A stretch of DNA of 64,000 nt from Obrimoposthia wandeli. Its lineage: Eukaryota. Each line of letters opens with the position of its first letter. The first letter of the stretch is position 1. A program made the position numbers and the translations under genes. This document shows, one piece after another, positions 54,555 to 64,000 of this stretch. Under the pieces are notes generated by a model. The model was given only the letters and a program-made list of their open reading frames with translations, made no database searches and was not told the origin of the DNA. The stretch covers positions 1-64,000 of the forward strand of contig CDROCS010002834.1 of NCBI GenBank assembly GCA_977020255.1, in the 5' to 3' direction.

Positions 54555-55832
54555 TTGGACGACATATCCACGGGAGTATTATTCTCCCTACTGATATTGC
54601 TACTCATTATTTCCGGATATTTCTCCGGCTCTGAAACCGGCATGATGTCGCTCAACCGTTACAAGTTGCGGCATTTAGCGAATCAAGGGCACCGTGGGGC
54701 AAAACGCGTTGAGAAACTGCTTGCCCGCCCAGATCGCCTTATCGGTCTGATTCTGATTGGCAACAATCTCGTCAATATTCTAGCTTCAGCCATTGCGACC
54801 ATAATCGGAATGCGCTTATACGGTGATCTCGGTGTTGCTATTGCAACGGGAGCCCTCACCTTAGTGGTATTAGTATTCTCTGAAGTCACGCCAAAAACAC
54901 TGGCAACGATTTACCCTGAACGCGTTTCTTACCTCAGTAGTATTGTGCTTAATGTGCTCATGAAAGTGCTGTATCCATTGGTCTGGTTTGTAAACGGTAT
55001 TACCAATGGCTTTTTGCTGCTTCTCGGGCTAAAAGTCGATAACATGAATGGTTCAAAGCTCAATTCAGCAGAGTTACGTACGATCGTTGATGAAGCTGGC
55101 GGCTTAATTCCTCGTCGTCACCAAGATATGCTTTTATCTATTCTTGATTTAGAAAATGTGACCGTCGAAGACTTAATGGTTCCACGCAGTGACATTGCCG
55201 CTATCAACATTAATGACGATTGGAAATCCATCACTCGCCAACTTATCCACTCGGCACACGGTCGTATCGTGCTATATAGGGATACGATTGATGAAGTCGT
55301 TGGCATGTTACGTGTGCGTGAAGCATACCGTTTAATGATGGAAAAAAATGACTTCAGTAAAGCAAACCTGTTGCGTGCTGCCGATGAAGTGTATTTCATT
55401 CCTGAAGCGACCCCTCTCAATATTCAACTCTTAAAATTCCAGCGTAATAAAGAACGCATTGGTTTAATTGTCGATGAATACGGTGATATTCAGGGTTTAA
55501 TTACACTGGAAGATATTCTTGAAGAAATTGTGGGTGAGTTTACGACATCGATTACACCGACATTAGCGGAAGAAGTTACATCGCAAGCTGATGGTAGCTT
55601 GCTGATTGAAGGCAGTGCGAATATTCGTGATCTTAATAAAAGCCTGAATTGGAGTTTACCGACTGATGGTCCACGCACGCTGAATGGTTTGATTTTAGAA
55701 CAGTTAGAAGATATTCCAGATAGCCAATTAAGTCTCGAAGTCGCAGGGCATCAAATGGTCATTATGGATGTTTCTGACAACATGATTAAGTTGGTTAAGA
55801 TTTTACCTGCGACATTAAAGCAGACAGGATAA
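54555..55832 (+). CDS. ypjE: CNNM/DUF21-CBS-CorC family transporter (YfjD/YpjE)
   Basis: FSGSETG, FSEVTPK, MVPRS, VDEYG..GLITLEDILEEIVG; TTG start. Confidence 0.88.
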   Translation: MDDISTGVLFSLLILLLIISGYFSGSETGMMSLNRYKLRHLANQGHRGAKRVEKLLARPDRLIGLILIGNNLVNILASAIATIIGMRLYGDLGVAIATGALTLVVLVFSEVTPKTLATIYPERVSYLSSIVLNVLMKVLYPLVWFVNGITNGFLLLLGLKVDNMNGSKLNSAELRTIVDEAGGLIPRRHQDMLLSILDLENVTVEDLMVPRSDIAAININDDWKSITRQLIHSAHGRIVLYRDTIDEVVGMLRVREAYRLMMEKNDFSKANLLRAADEVYFIPEATPLNIQLLKFQRNKERIGLIVDEYGDIQGLITLEDILEEIVGEFTTSITPTLAEEVTSQADGSLLIEGSANIRDLNKSLNWSLPTDGPRTLNGLILEQLEDIPDSQLSLEVAGHQMVIMDVSDNMIKLVKILPATLKQTG

Positions 55833-55866
55833 ACACGTTTGTAGTTGCGAAGAAAATTAAACATAT

Positions 55867-55900
55867 AAAAAAGCCAGCAATGTATTGCTGGCTTTTTTTT
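55867..55900. terminator. Bidirectional terminator between ypjE and luxS
   Basis: AAAAAAGCCAGCAAT-GT-ATTGCTGGCTTTTTTTT. Confidence 0.85.
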
Positions 55901-55920
55901 ATTCTAATAAGCAGTGCGAT

Positions 55921-56439
55921 CTACTTTACATCGAGCTCTTTCAGCATGCTTTCTGGTAATGCTAACTCGTCGTTCTTATTAACATTAATGCCTTCAGTAA
56001 GAATGGCTTTAGCAATCTCTTTTGCTTCATCTAATGAATGCATGCTGTATGTACCACACTGGTATTCATTCAATTCTGGGATTTTATCTTGTGACTCAAC
56101 GTTGAGTACATCTTCCATGGCTGCAGCCCAACCCGTCGCAACATCTTGCTCGCTAGGGGTACCAATTAAACTCATGTAAAAACCCGTACGACACCCCATT
56201 GGTGAGATATCAATAATTTCAACACGATCTGAATTCAAATGGTTACGCATGAAACCTGCGTATAAGTGCTCAAGTGTATGAATTCCACGCTCACTTAAAA
56301 TATCCATATTAGGACGACAGAAACGCAGATCAAATACCGTAATGGTGTCACCTTTTGGCGTTTGCATGGTTTTTGCCACACGTACCGCAGGGGCATTCAT
56401 TCGCGTATGATCAACAGTAAAACTATCTAATAATGGCAT
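55921..56439 (-). CDS. luxS: S-ribosylhomocysteine lyase (AI-2 synthase)
   Basis: [32 protein letters not shown]. Confidence 0.98.
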   Translation of the reverse strand: MPLLDSFTVDHTRMNAPAVRVAKTMQTPKGDTITVFDLRFCRPNMDILSERGIHTLEHLYAGFMRNHLNSDRVEIIDISPMGCRTGFYMSLIGTPSEQDVATGWAAAMEDVLNVESQDKIPELNEYQCGTYSMHSLDEAKEIAKAILTEGINVNKNDELALPESMLKELDVK

Positions 56440-56509
56440 AATATCCTTCTCCTTTGCCTAGCATTTAGTTCTCTATATTGAGGATAAACATAACCTCGCT
56501 ACCGTTCAA

Positions 56510-57121
56510 TTAGAACGGCCACCAGCTGCGGTTATCGTCTAATTCTTTGCGGCATTGCTTTAACTGCCAGCCATAATCTTTTGATTGTTTCTCAACTTTA
56601 CGGGCAATCTTAATCAACGTTGGTTTACTTTTATATGAACCACGCTTAAAGCCGCCTCGTCCCTCATGGTACGCCAAGTATTGACTATAAGCATCCCATT
56701 TAGAGATACCTAATTGACGCTGAGTTTCATGCGTGTACCAACCAATAAAGTGCAGTGCATCATCAAAATTTGTTCGTGAACCACCATTTTTCGTCGCTTT
56801 TTGATAGTCTTCCCAGGCAGGGTCTTGCGCTTGTGCGTAACCATACGCACTACTCACTCTGCCCCAGGGAATAAAACCTAAAATGTAATCTTTCGGGGGG
56901 CGAGCATCATGGCGAAAACTACTTTCTTGTTTAATAAACGCCATCGCAACATTTATGGGGGTGCCCCACTCGTCTTGCATATCAACAGCATCATCATACC
57001 AACTCGGATTTTCTCTGAAGATACTACAGATATTGGATTGGTTTTTCGGTGGAGGAGTCGCACAACCCGTCACTGCCAGTAAAACACCAGACAGTATCAG
57101 TAAGCGTACAGCAGACAGCAT
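56510..57121 (-). CDS. SLT-like (lysozyme-fold) lipoprotein
   Basis: Lipobox VTGC, AFIKQESSF (putative catalytic Glu), SSAYGYAQA, YLAYHEG; start MLSAVR at 57121. Confidence 0.75.
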   Translation of the reverse strand: MLSAVRLLILSGVLLAVTGCATPPPKNQSNICSIFRENPSWYDDAVDMQDEWGTPINVAMAFIKQESSFRHDARPPKDYILGFIPWGRVSSAYGYAQAQDPAWEDYQKATKNGGSRTNFDDALHFIGWYTHETQRQLGISKWDAYSQYLAYHEGRGGFKRGSYKSKPTLIKIARKVEKQSKDYGWQLKQCRKELDDNRSWWPF

Positions 57122-57255
57122 ATTTTTATTCACCAAACAGTGTGTGAACAAACCTAACTTAAGTTAATGCAATGCAAAAATCGGTTTGAACCAAGTGCAT
57201 TTATCATGGTCTGAATTAATGACAGGCAGTAAAGCTGTCGTCATCCCTGCGAAAT

Positions 57256-57292
57256 TATTTATGGGCGGCTATATATAGCCGCCCAATTTTTT
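57256..57292 (-). terminator. Terminator after gshA (perfect 22 bp palindrome)
   Basis: GGGCGGCTATATATAGCCGCCC with A/T-rich flanks. Confidence 0.7.
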
Positions 57293-57316
57293 ATCTTATT
57301 GTTCTAAGATTGAAAA

Positions 57317-58891
57317 TCACTTCAAATCAGCAAAGTAATCTTCTAAAAATTGTTCAAATGATACCGTATCACCTTGCTCAATTTTATGCTGTTTCTCTAC
57401 TGATGTTTTGGCTTCAACATCAAATTCTTGCTGAGAATAAAAGCCATAAGACCGCTCAGCCAACGTTTGGCTATGTTCTGCAGCTAGCTGATGCCCAACG
57501 GAACCAATACCTTCGTTTTGTTTCACTTTTTCAAGTAACTGTGCAGATAGCGTTAGATCGGGATTAAGAATCCAACCTTTCAATCGTTCACAGGTTTCTT
57601 GGTATTTATTGTTACCGGCCGCTTTATCCATCACAACCGCAACATCTTGCAGTTCTTTGAATACACGTACGCCCCAGTCTTGAAGGGATAAACGTTCGCC
57701 ATTACAACCAATTTTCAACATCAAATCAGGATTACGACCATCAAGCACAACGCGATTCCAGTTATCACGCCAGCATGCTAATTCAGAGTCATCCATATCA
57801 TCTGACGGTGTAAGCACGGCCCACGTAAGGAATAAATCAAGGAATCGAACCTGATCTTCCGTTATACCAATAGGACTGAAAGGGTTCACATCTAATGAAC
57901 GTACTTCAATATATTCAACACCAGCACGACCCAGTGCTTCTGAAGGCTTCTCGCCATCTTTTGCTACACGTTTAGGGCGAATGGGGGCATACAATTCATT
58001 TTCAATTTGCAGTACATTGCTGTTTAACTGACGGTATTCACCCTCCACTTTCACGCCAATATCTGCAAAATTATCAGACGGAGTACGGATAGCTTCATTC
58101 AAACCATCAAGGTACTGATCTAGGCTATTAAAACCAATTTTCAACGAGCTTTGTGCATTATTGGTATAACCCAAATCACTTAGGCGTAAAGCTGTCGCAT
58201 TCGGTAGGTAATAAGTACCACAACCTAGCTGCTTAAAATCGACCGTAGAATTATTGTTATTCAGGAATGAACCGCATAACGCTGGTGATGCACCAAATAA
58301 ATACGGGATTAACCAACCAAAACGATAATAGTTTCGGATCAAGCCGAAATACGCATCTGAAATAGAGTCTTGGCGATCTTGCTCGCTTTGATCACCAAAC
58401 AATTCTTGCCAAAATGATTCAGGGAAAGAAAAGTTAAAATGCACACCAGAAATAACCTGCATAACGCTGCCATAACGATGCTTCAACCCTTCACGGTACA
58501 AGGTTTTCATGCGCCCGGTATTTGAACTACCGTATTGCGCTAACGTGATGTCATTCTCTTTACCAACAAAACATGGCATCGACATTGGCCATAAACGTTC
58601 GTCACCCATTTGGCGATACGTAAACTGGTGAATATCACTTAATTGCGTCAATAAATGGTCAACATCTTGCGATACTGGAGTAATAAACTCTAACAGTGAT
58701 TCTGCAAAATCGGTGGTGACCCACTTATTGGTTAATGCTGATCCTAACCCAACCGGATGCGGTTGATCTGATAAGTTACCTTCCGATGTAATTCGCAGCG
58801 CTTCACGCTCAAGACCACGACCGAGTTGTGTTAAGGCATCAGAATTAGCGGAAATCTGCTGCAACCTTTGTGAAAAATCCATGAAGGCCAT
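57317..58891 (-). CDS. gshA: Glutamate-cysteine ligase
   Basis: [44 protein letters not shown]. Confidence 0.97.
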   Translation of the reverse strand: MAFMDFSQRLQQISANSDALTQLGRGLEREALRITSEGNLSDQPHPVGLGSALTNKWVTTDFAESLLEFITPVSQDVDHLLTQLSDIHQFTYRQMGDERLWPMSMPCFVGKENDITLAQYGSSNTGRMKTLYREGLKHRYGSVMQVISGVHFNFSFPESFWQELFGDQSEQDRQDSISDAYFGLIRNYYRFGWLIPYLFGASPALCGSFLNNNNSTVDFKQLGCGTYYLPNATALRLSDLGYTNNAQSSLKIGFNSLDQYLDGLNEAIRTPSDNFADIGVKVEGEYRQLNSNVLQIENELYAPIRPKRVAKDGEKPSEALGRAGVEYIEVRSLDVNPFSPIGITEDQVRFLDLFLTWAVLTPSDDMDDSELACWRDNWNRVVLDGRNPDLMLKIGCNGERLSLQDWGVRVFKELQDVAVVMDKAAGNNKYQETCERLKGWILNPDLTLSAQLLEKVKQNEGIGSVGHQLAAEHSQTLAERSYGFYSQQEFDVEAKTSVEKQHKIEQGDTVSFEQFLEDYFADLK

Positions 58892-58981
58892 TCTCGTTTA
58901 TTATCATAATTGAAAAAGTAGAATAATCATTATTGTTACTGATTACCATTAGTTTTATGGTGAAACACTTTTACCATATGG

Positions 58982-59012
58982 AAAAAACCGACGTACTAAC
59001 ACGTCGGTTTTT
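58982..59012 (-). terminator. Terminator after the M16 peptidase gene
   Basis: AAAAACCGACGT-GTTAGT-ACGTCGGTTTTTT. Confidence 0.8.
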
Positions 59013-59035
59013 CATCTATTAATTCAATCAATCCC

Positions 59036-61882
59036 TTAGAGATTAGGCTGAATGGTATTCATCGGAATACCCAGTGTTTCAAATTGTGGCGTCAATGCCT
59101 TAGCGTCCCCCACTACAATGATTTGGTAATCATCTGGATTAAACCACTTAGCCGCTAATTCATTTAGTCGTTCTTTACTGATCTTCGCCACAATTTCATT
59201 ACGCTCTTCAACAAAGCTTTCAGGTAGCGAATACGTTAGGATCTGGCCTAGCAGTTGTGCTTTTTTACTTGGTGTTTCATAACTTAACGCATCTTTCTGC
59301 CCAACAGCTAAACGCATAAAGTCGACTTCTTTATCTGTTACACCTTCGGTGCTCATTTTTTCAAGCTCAGCCAAGAACTCTTTCGCTGAGGCTAAGCTAG
59401 CATCTGCACGTACTTGGGCGTAATACACAGATAAACCGACCTCTTTCCCACCAGTTTGATAACCACCCGCACCATAGGTATAACCTTTATCTTCACGCAG
59501 ATTTAAGTTTATACGGCTATTGAAGTTACCCGCTAAATTGAAGTTAGCCAATTGCGTTTCGTATAACTCCCCCGTTGCATCGTAAGGAAGGCCTTGACGA
59601 ACAAGACGAATGATCGTCTGTGGCGCACCCGGTTTATCAACCATCCAAATCGCTTGTTTCGCTATAATCGGTAATACAAGAGAGCTAGGTACTGGCTTAG
59701 CCGCCCCTTGCCACTTTGATAGAAAATCAATTTTTTGCGTTAATTGCTGCTCGGTAACGTCACCCACAACAACAATATCAGCACCATTCGGTGTGTAATA
59801 GGTGTTATAAAAGTCTGTTACATCTTTCAACGTAATACTGTTTAAAGATACCTTCGTGCCTTCTGGCGGTAAGCTAAATGGCGTTCCTTTATACAGAATT
59901 TCACGCATTGCTTGGCTCGCTAGCCAATCCGGACGTTGATGTTCGTATACCGCACCTTCAATCGCTTGTGCTTTTAAGCGGTCAAAATCCGCTTCATTGA
60001 AAGCAGGTTTGAATAAACGCTCTTCCAAGATAGCCAGCGTTTGTACTATGTTTTTATCCAACGACGTTACCGAGACGGTTGTACCGTACAAGCCGGCATT
60101 AAAACTAACAGTACTGCCCAATGTATCTAATCGTGATGATAGTTCTTCTGCGGTTGATTGAGTGCTTGCCTCATTCATCATCGCTGCCACAAGCTTTGAT
60201 AACCCTGTTTTACCCATTGGCTCAAAACGACGCCCTGCAGGAATAACCATTTGTAATTCTACCGTTGGCGTTTCTTGGTACTTGGTACCAAGTACTTTAA
60301 TACCGTTGGCTAACTCAAATTGATACAAGGTTGGCATTGCAGCTTCCACAGGCTGTGAAGGCTGTGGCATTACGTTACGATCAAAATTATCAACCGATTC
60401 ACGTAAGGCTAATTGTTCCTCAGTCAGTTTTTTATGCTCAGGAATAATACGAGGCATCGGCGTGTAATTTGGTTTAGCAGCAGCTAACGTGGTTTTACCT
60501 TTAGGTACAACACTTAAGGTCACATTAGGATTACCGTTTACGTACTGCATATACGCAGACTCAATGCTATCTGTCGAGACATCACGTAATTGTTGTAGCT
60601 CAACACTTAAATGATTAGGGTTACCGTAAAACGTTTGGTAGGCCGCCAATTGAGACACTTTTCCGCTCACACTTTGTAAGCCAAAAATAGCGTTCGCTTC
60701 TACCATGCCTTTTAGTTCATTCAGCTCTTTTTCACTGACCCCTCGTTCTTCTAAATCATCAAGGGTGGATTCCACTTTACTGCGCAGCTCTTTTAAGTTG
60801 CCTTTGTCACCACTTTGTCCAATCGCATACACATACATAGTACACGCAAGCTCTGCGCAATCATGGTATGCACCCGCATCGACAACATCACCCGTTTTCA
60901 CTAAATTTTGATAAAGCAGACTATTTTTACCACCACCAATCACTTTAGCCAGCATATCAAGCGATGCTTCATCTTCAGAGCCATTAAACGACGTTGGCCA
61001 TGCCATCATCAGCATAGGTTGCTGTACTTTATCTTCTAAGGTGATGTAGCGGTCAGCATCCAGTGTAACAGGCTGCTTAGGCATATCTTTCACTTCAGGA
61101 CCACGAGGGATCGAGCCAAAATATTTATTTACCCATGCTAATGTTTGTTCTTTGTCTAAGTCACCACCGATGGTTAACGTGGCATTATTCGGGCCATACC
61201 AGCGTAGGAAAAATGCTTTTAGATCATTAACATCAACACGATCAAGATCTTCAATATAACCGATGGTTTGCCATGAATAAGGATGAGTACGCGGATAAAG
61301 GGCTTCGCCAAGGCGCTCATACACTAAACCATAAGGACGGTTTTCATAACGCTGAGCACGTTCATTTTTAACCGTTGAACGTTGAATTTCGAATTTACGT
61401 TGAGAAACAGCACCAAGTAAAAAGCCCATGCGATCAGACTCTAGCCATAACATTTTTTCTAATTGATTGGCCGGTACCGTTTCGAAATAGTTGGTACGGT
61501 CACGGTTAGTCGTCCCATTTAACGTACCACCAGCCTCGGTGATCAAACGAAAATGTTCTTGATCGCCGACGTGTTCTGATCCCTGAAACATCATATGCTC
61601 AAAGAAGTGAGCGAAACCTGATTTACCTTCTTGTTCACGGGCAGAACCAACATGGTAGGTCATATCGACATGCACTAATGGGTCTGATTTATCTTCATGA
61701 AGAACAACGGTTAAACCGTTCTCTAGTGTATATTTACTGTAAGGAATAACAGGTTGCCCTTTCACACCTGCAACTTGCTCGACGAATGTAACACCTTCAG
61801 GCAACGTTGATGTCTCTTGCCCGATTTGATTACTACACCCTGCAATTGATAGCAACGTGACACTTAAAACCCACTTTTGCAC
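59036..61882 (-). CDS. M16-family zinc peptidase lipoprotein (PqqL-like)
   Basis: Lipobox IAGC, inverted zinc motif HFFEH, NGTT, four M16 domains in 948 aa. Confidence 0.9.
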   Translation of the reverse strand: MQKWVLSVTLLSIAGCSNQIGQETSTLPEGVTFVEQVAGVKGQPVIPYSKYTLENGLTVVLHEDKSDPLVHVDMTYHVGSAREQEGKSGFAHFFEHMMFQGSEHVGDQEHFRLITEAGGTLNGTTNRDRTNYFETVPANQLEKMLWLESDRMGFLLGAVSQRKFEIQRSTVKNERAQRYENRPYGLVYERLGEALYPRTHPYSWQTIGYIEDLDRVDVNDLKAFFLRWYGPNNATLTIGGDLDKEQTLAWVNKYFGSIPRGPEVKDMPKQPVTLDADRYITLEDKVQQPMLMMAWPTSFNGSEDEASLDMLAKVIGGGKNSLLYQNLVKTGDVVDAGAYHDCAELACTMYVYAIGQSGDKGNLKELRSKVESTLDDLEERGVSEKELNELKGMVEANAIFGLQSVSGKVSQLAAYQTFYGNPNHLSVELQQLRDVSTDSIESAYMQYVNGNPNVTLSVVPKGKTTLAAAKPNYTPMPRIIPEHKKLTEEQLALRESVDNFDRNVMPQPSQPVEAAMPTLYQFELANGIKVLGTKYQETPTVELQMVIPAGRRFEPMGKTGLSKLVAAMMNEASTQSTAEELSSRLDTLGSTVSFNAGLYGTTVSVTSLDKNIVQTLAILEERLFKPAFNEADFDRLKAQAIEGAVYEHQRPDWLASQAMREILYKGTPFSLPPEGTKVSLNSITLKDVTDFYNTYYTPNGADIVVVGDVTEQQLTQKIDFLSKWQGAAKPVPSSLVLPIIAKQAIWMVDKPGAPQTIIRLVRQGLPYDATGELYETQLANFNLAGNFNSRINLNLREDKGYTYGAGGYQTGGKEVGLSVYYAQVRADASLASAKEFLAELEKMSTEGVTDKEVDFMRLAVGQKDALSYETPSKKAQLLGQILTYSLPESFVEERNEIVAKISKERLNELAAKWFNPDDYQIIVVGDAKALTPQFETLGIPMNTIQPNL

Positions 61883-61893
61883 TATAGCATTCC

Positions 61894-62325
61894 TTATAAA
61901 AAACCTTGTACTACTAGAGCCAACACAATGTAGCGCACAGCTTTACCGATCATAATAATGATAAAGCTCAGCCAATGGTGCATTCGCAACCAGCCCGCAG
62001 CTAAACATAAAGGGTCACCAATAACGGGTAACCAACTAAAGAATAAGCTCCAGTAGCCATATTTTTTCAACCACTGTAATGCTTTATGACCATGTTTTTC
62101 TTTAGAAGTTTTATCCGGTAGTAAACGCCCTAACCAGTAATTCGTCATTCCACCCAATGTATTACCTATCGTCGCCACTAATACCACAAGCCATAGAGCA
62201 TTATCACCCAGCTTAATCGTTGCTATGAGGTTGGCTTCAGAGCCGCCCGGTAACAACGTGGCACTTAGAAAACCAGTGGTGAACAATACCCATAATGCTG
62301 AATCGCCATTTAATAAATCTAACAT
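61894..62325 (-). CDS. yqaA: DedA-family membrane protein YqaA
   Basis: FLSATLLPGGSE, GNTLGG, SWLPVIGDPLC. Confidence 0.9.
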   Translation of the reverse strand: MLDLLNGDSALWVLFTTGFLSATLLPGGSEANLIATIKLGDNALWLVVLVATIGNTLGGMTNYWLGRLLPDKTSKEKHGHKALQWLKKYGYWSLFFSWLPVIGDPLCLAAGWLRMHHWLSFIIIMIGKAVRYIVLALVVQGFL

Positions 62326-62607
62326 CTTATTTACTTACATCAAGCTAATCGAAAAAAAACACTGCATATTAAATGCTTGTCGCTAAAAAAAATTTGCCAC
62401 GAGTACGACCGGTTTATACGCACAAACACCTTCAGATTAGGCATATTAAGCGTCAATATGTACTGTTAATGGTTTAATTCAGTTATCGCTAGCTGCTTAT
62501 ACGGTGCCATATAGCTTCCTTTTTCGTGGGTTAATTTTACAGACTAACTGAAAAATCATGTTATTAGTTATTAATAATGAATTCCTCTTATACTAAGCTA
62601 CAGACAT

Positions 62608-62639
62608 AAAAAAAACGGATAGCCTAAAGCTACCCGTTT
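62608..62639 (-). terminator. Terminator after oadB
   Basis: AAACGGGTAGC-TTTAG-GCTATCCGTTTTTTTT. Confidence 0.75.
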
Positions 62640-62738
62640 CAAATGTGTTCTTATCGATATCACTAACAGGACTAACCCTATCAATTAACGCAACAAATTA
62701 ATGCGCGTCATTTAATGAACTATAGTCACTGCTCTGTA

Positions 62739-63869
62739 TTAACCCACGAGGGCCAATAGAATACCGGCAGCAACCGCAGAACCTAATACCCCAGCAACAT
62801 TCGGCCCCATTGCATGCATTAGTAGGAAGTTTTGTGGGTTAGCTTCTAAGCCGACCTTATTCACTACACGTGCAGCCATAGGTACAGCAGAAACGCCCGC
62901 AGCACCAATCAATGGGTTGATGTCTTCCTTACTGAAACGATTAAGTAATTTAGCCATCAACACACCACCACCAGTACCCACACTGAATGCCACTGCGCCT
63001 AATACCAAAATACCCAAGGTTTCAAACTGTAAGAACGTGTTCGCTTCAAGCTTTGAACCCACACCTAAACCCAACATGATCGTTACGATATTAATCAGTT
63101 CATTTTGAACCGTATTAGATAAACGATCGACCACGCCAGATTCACGCATCAAGTTACCTAAACAGAACATACCGATTAATGGTGTTGCTGATGGTAAAAA
63201 CAGAATAGTCATCAACAATACAGCCAACGGGAAGAGTACTTTCTCTGCCTTACTGACATGACGCAATTGCTGCATCTTAATTTGTCGTTCTTCCGGCGTG
63301 GTTAACGCCTTCATGATCGGCGGCTGAATAATCGGCACAAGAGCCATATAGCTATAAGCCGCTACAGCAATTGCCCCTAAGAGATCTGGCGCCAAACGAC
63401 TGGCAAGAAATATTGCCGTCGGCCCATCGGCGCCACCAATAATCGCAATGGACGATGCATCTGCAAGTGTAAATTCCATTCCAGGAACAAGATTCAGTAA
63501 AATTGCGCCAAATAAGGTAAAGAAAATACCAAATTGAGCAGCTGCACCTAATAACAATGTTTTAGGGTTAGCGATCAATGCCCCGAAATCTGTCATTGCC
63601 CCGACGCCCATGAAGATCAATAACGGGAAAACACCCGTTTCAATGCCCACATGGTAGATGTAATACAATAATCCGCCCGGCTCGGTAAATCCCGAGTTAG
63701 GAATATTCGCAAGAATAGCGCCAAAGCCCATTGGCAATAACAGTAAAGGTTCAAAGCCTTTACGAATAGCAAGAAACAGTAACCCACTGCCAACCAAAAT
63801 CATGATGATTTGACCGAACTCGAAATTAGCTATCCCTGTTTCTGCCCAGAGTTTTAATAAACCGTCCAT
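62739..63869 (-). CDS. oadB: Na+-transporting oxaloacetate decarboxylase beta subunit
   Basis: [35 protein letters not shown]. Confidence 0.95.
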   Translation of the reverse strand: MDGLLKLWAETGIANFEFGQIIMILVGSGLLFLAIRKGFEPLLLLPMGFGAILANIPNSGFTEPGGLLYYIYHVGIETGVFPLLIFMGVGAMTDFGALIANPKTLLLGAAAQFGIFFTLFGAILLNLVPGMEFTLADASSIAIIGGADGPTAIFLASRLAPDLLGAIAVAAYSYMALVPIIQPPIMKALTTPEERQIKMQQLRHVSKAEKVLFPLAVLLMTILFLPSATPLIGMFCLGNLMRESGVVDRLSNTVQNELINIVTIMLGLGVGSKLEANTFLQFETLGILVLGAVAFSVGTGGGVLMAKLLNRFSKEDINPLIGAAGVSAVPMAARVVNKVGLEANPQNFLLMHAMGPNVAGVLGSAVAAGILLALVG

Positions 63870-63878
63870 GGTACCCTC

Positions 63879-64000
63879 TTACGCCAAACTTAGTATTGGC
63901 GAACCAACCGAAACAGAATCACCCTCTTTAACATGCAACTCTTGAATGACACCATTACGAGCTGCACGAATTTCTGTTTCCATCTTCATAGCTTCAAGCA
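63879..64000 (-). CDS. oadA: Oxaloacetate decarboxylase alpha subunit, C-terminal biotinyl domain (partial)
   Basis: LEAMKMETEIRA...VGSPILSLA* directly upstream of oadB. Confidence 0.9.
   Translation of the reverse strand, partial: LEAMKMETEIRAARNGVIQELHVKEGDSVSVGSPILSLA

Noticed and set aside
57263-57284. Perfect 22 bp palindrome as an operator or mobile-element end
   Set aside because: It lies just after the gshA stop with A/T flanks; a terminator is sufficient.
1-64000. CRISPR array, prophage, integron, toxin-antitoxin or defence genes
   Set aside because: No regularly spaced repeat-spacer units, integrases or such proteins seen by eye; the only long repeats are the two rRNA operons and IS630 paralogues.

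Overview
Core-genome segment of a Vibrionaceae chromosome. The 16S V1 helix, gene content and gene order suggest Photobacterium; this is inference from recalled sequences, not a database result. Order along the window: rpoC(partial)-rpoB-rplL-rplJ-rplA-rplK-nusG-secE-tuf-tRNA(Thr,Gly,Tyr,Thr)-coaX-birA-murB on the minus strand; GNAT-pssA-pncA on plus; a 3 kb nest of dead IS elements (IS1595, IS3 and two IS630); tRNA-Asp and two tandem minus-strand rRNA operons; clpB-pgeF-rluD, bamD, raiA, pheL-pheA, a LipL32-like gene, tyrA-aroF, btsSR, a DUF2799-like lipoprotein, a CstA/BtsT-family transporter, rplS-trmD-rimM-rpsP, ffh, ypjD-ypjE, luxS, an SLT-like lipoprotein, gshA, an M16 peptidase, yqaA and oadB-oadA(partial). 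Repeated genes (tuf, rRNA) carry clustered small indels that look like unpolished long-read consensus errors. No CRISPR array, prophage or clear new multi-gene system was seen. The best leads are: a close homologue of the Leptospira surface protein LipL32, with a probably non-lipoprotein signal, between pheA and tyrA; a tRNA-Thr with an AGT anticodon and damaged T arm before tuf; compensatory (therefore probably real) sequence differences between the two adjacent rRNA operons; and a 5-codon ORF behind a perfect Shine-Dalgarno upstream of raiA.
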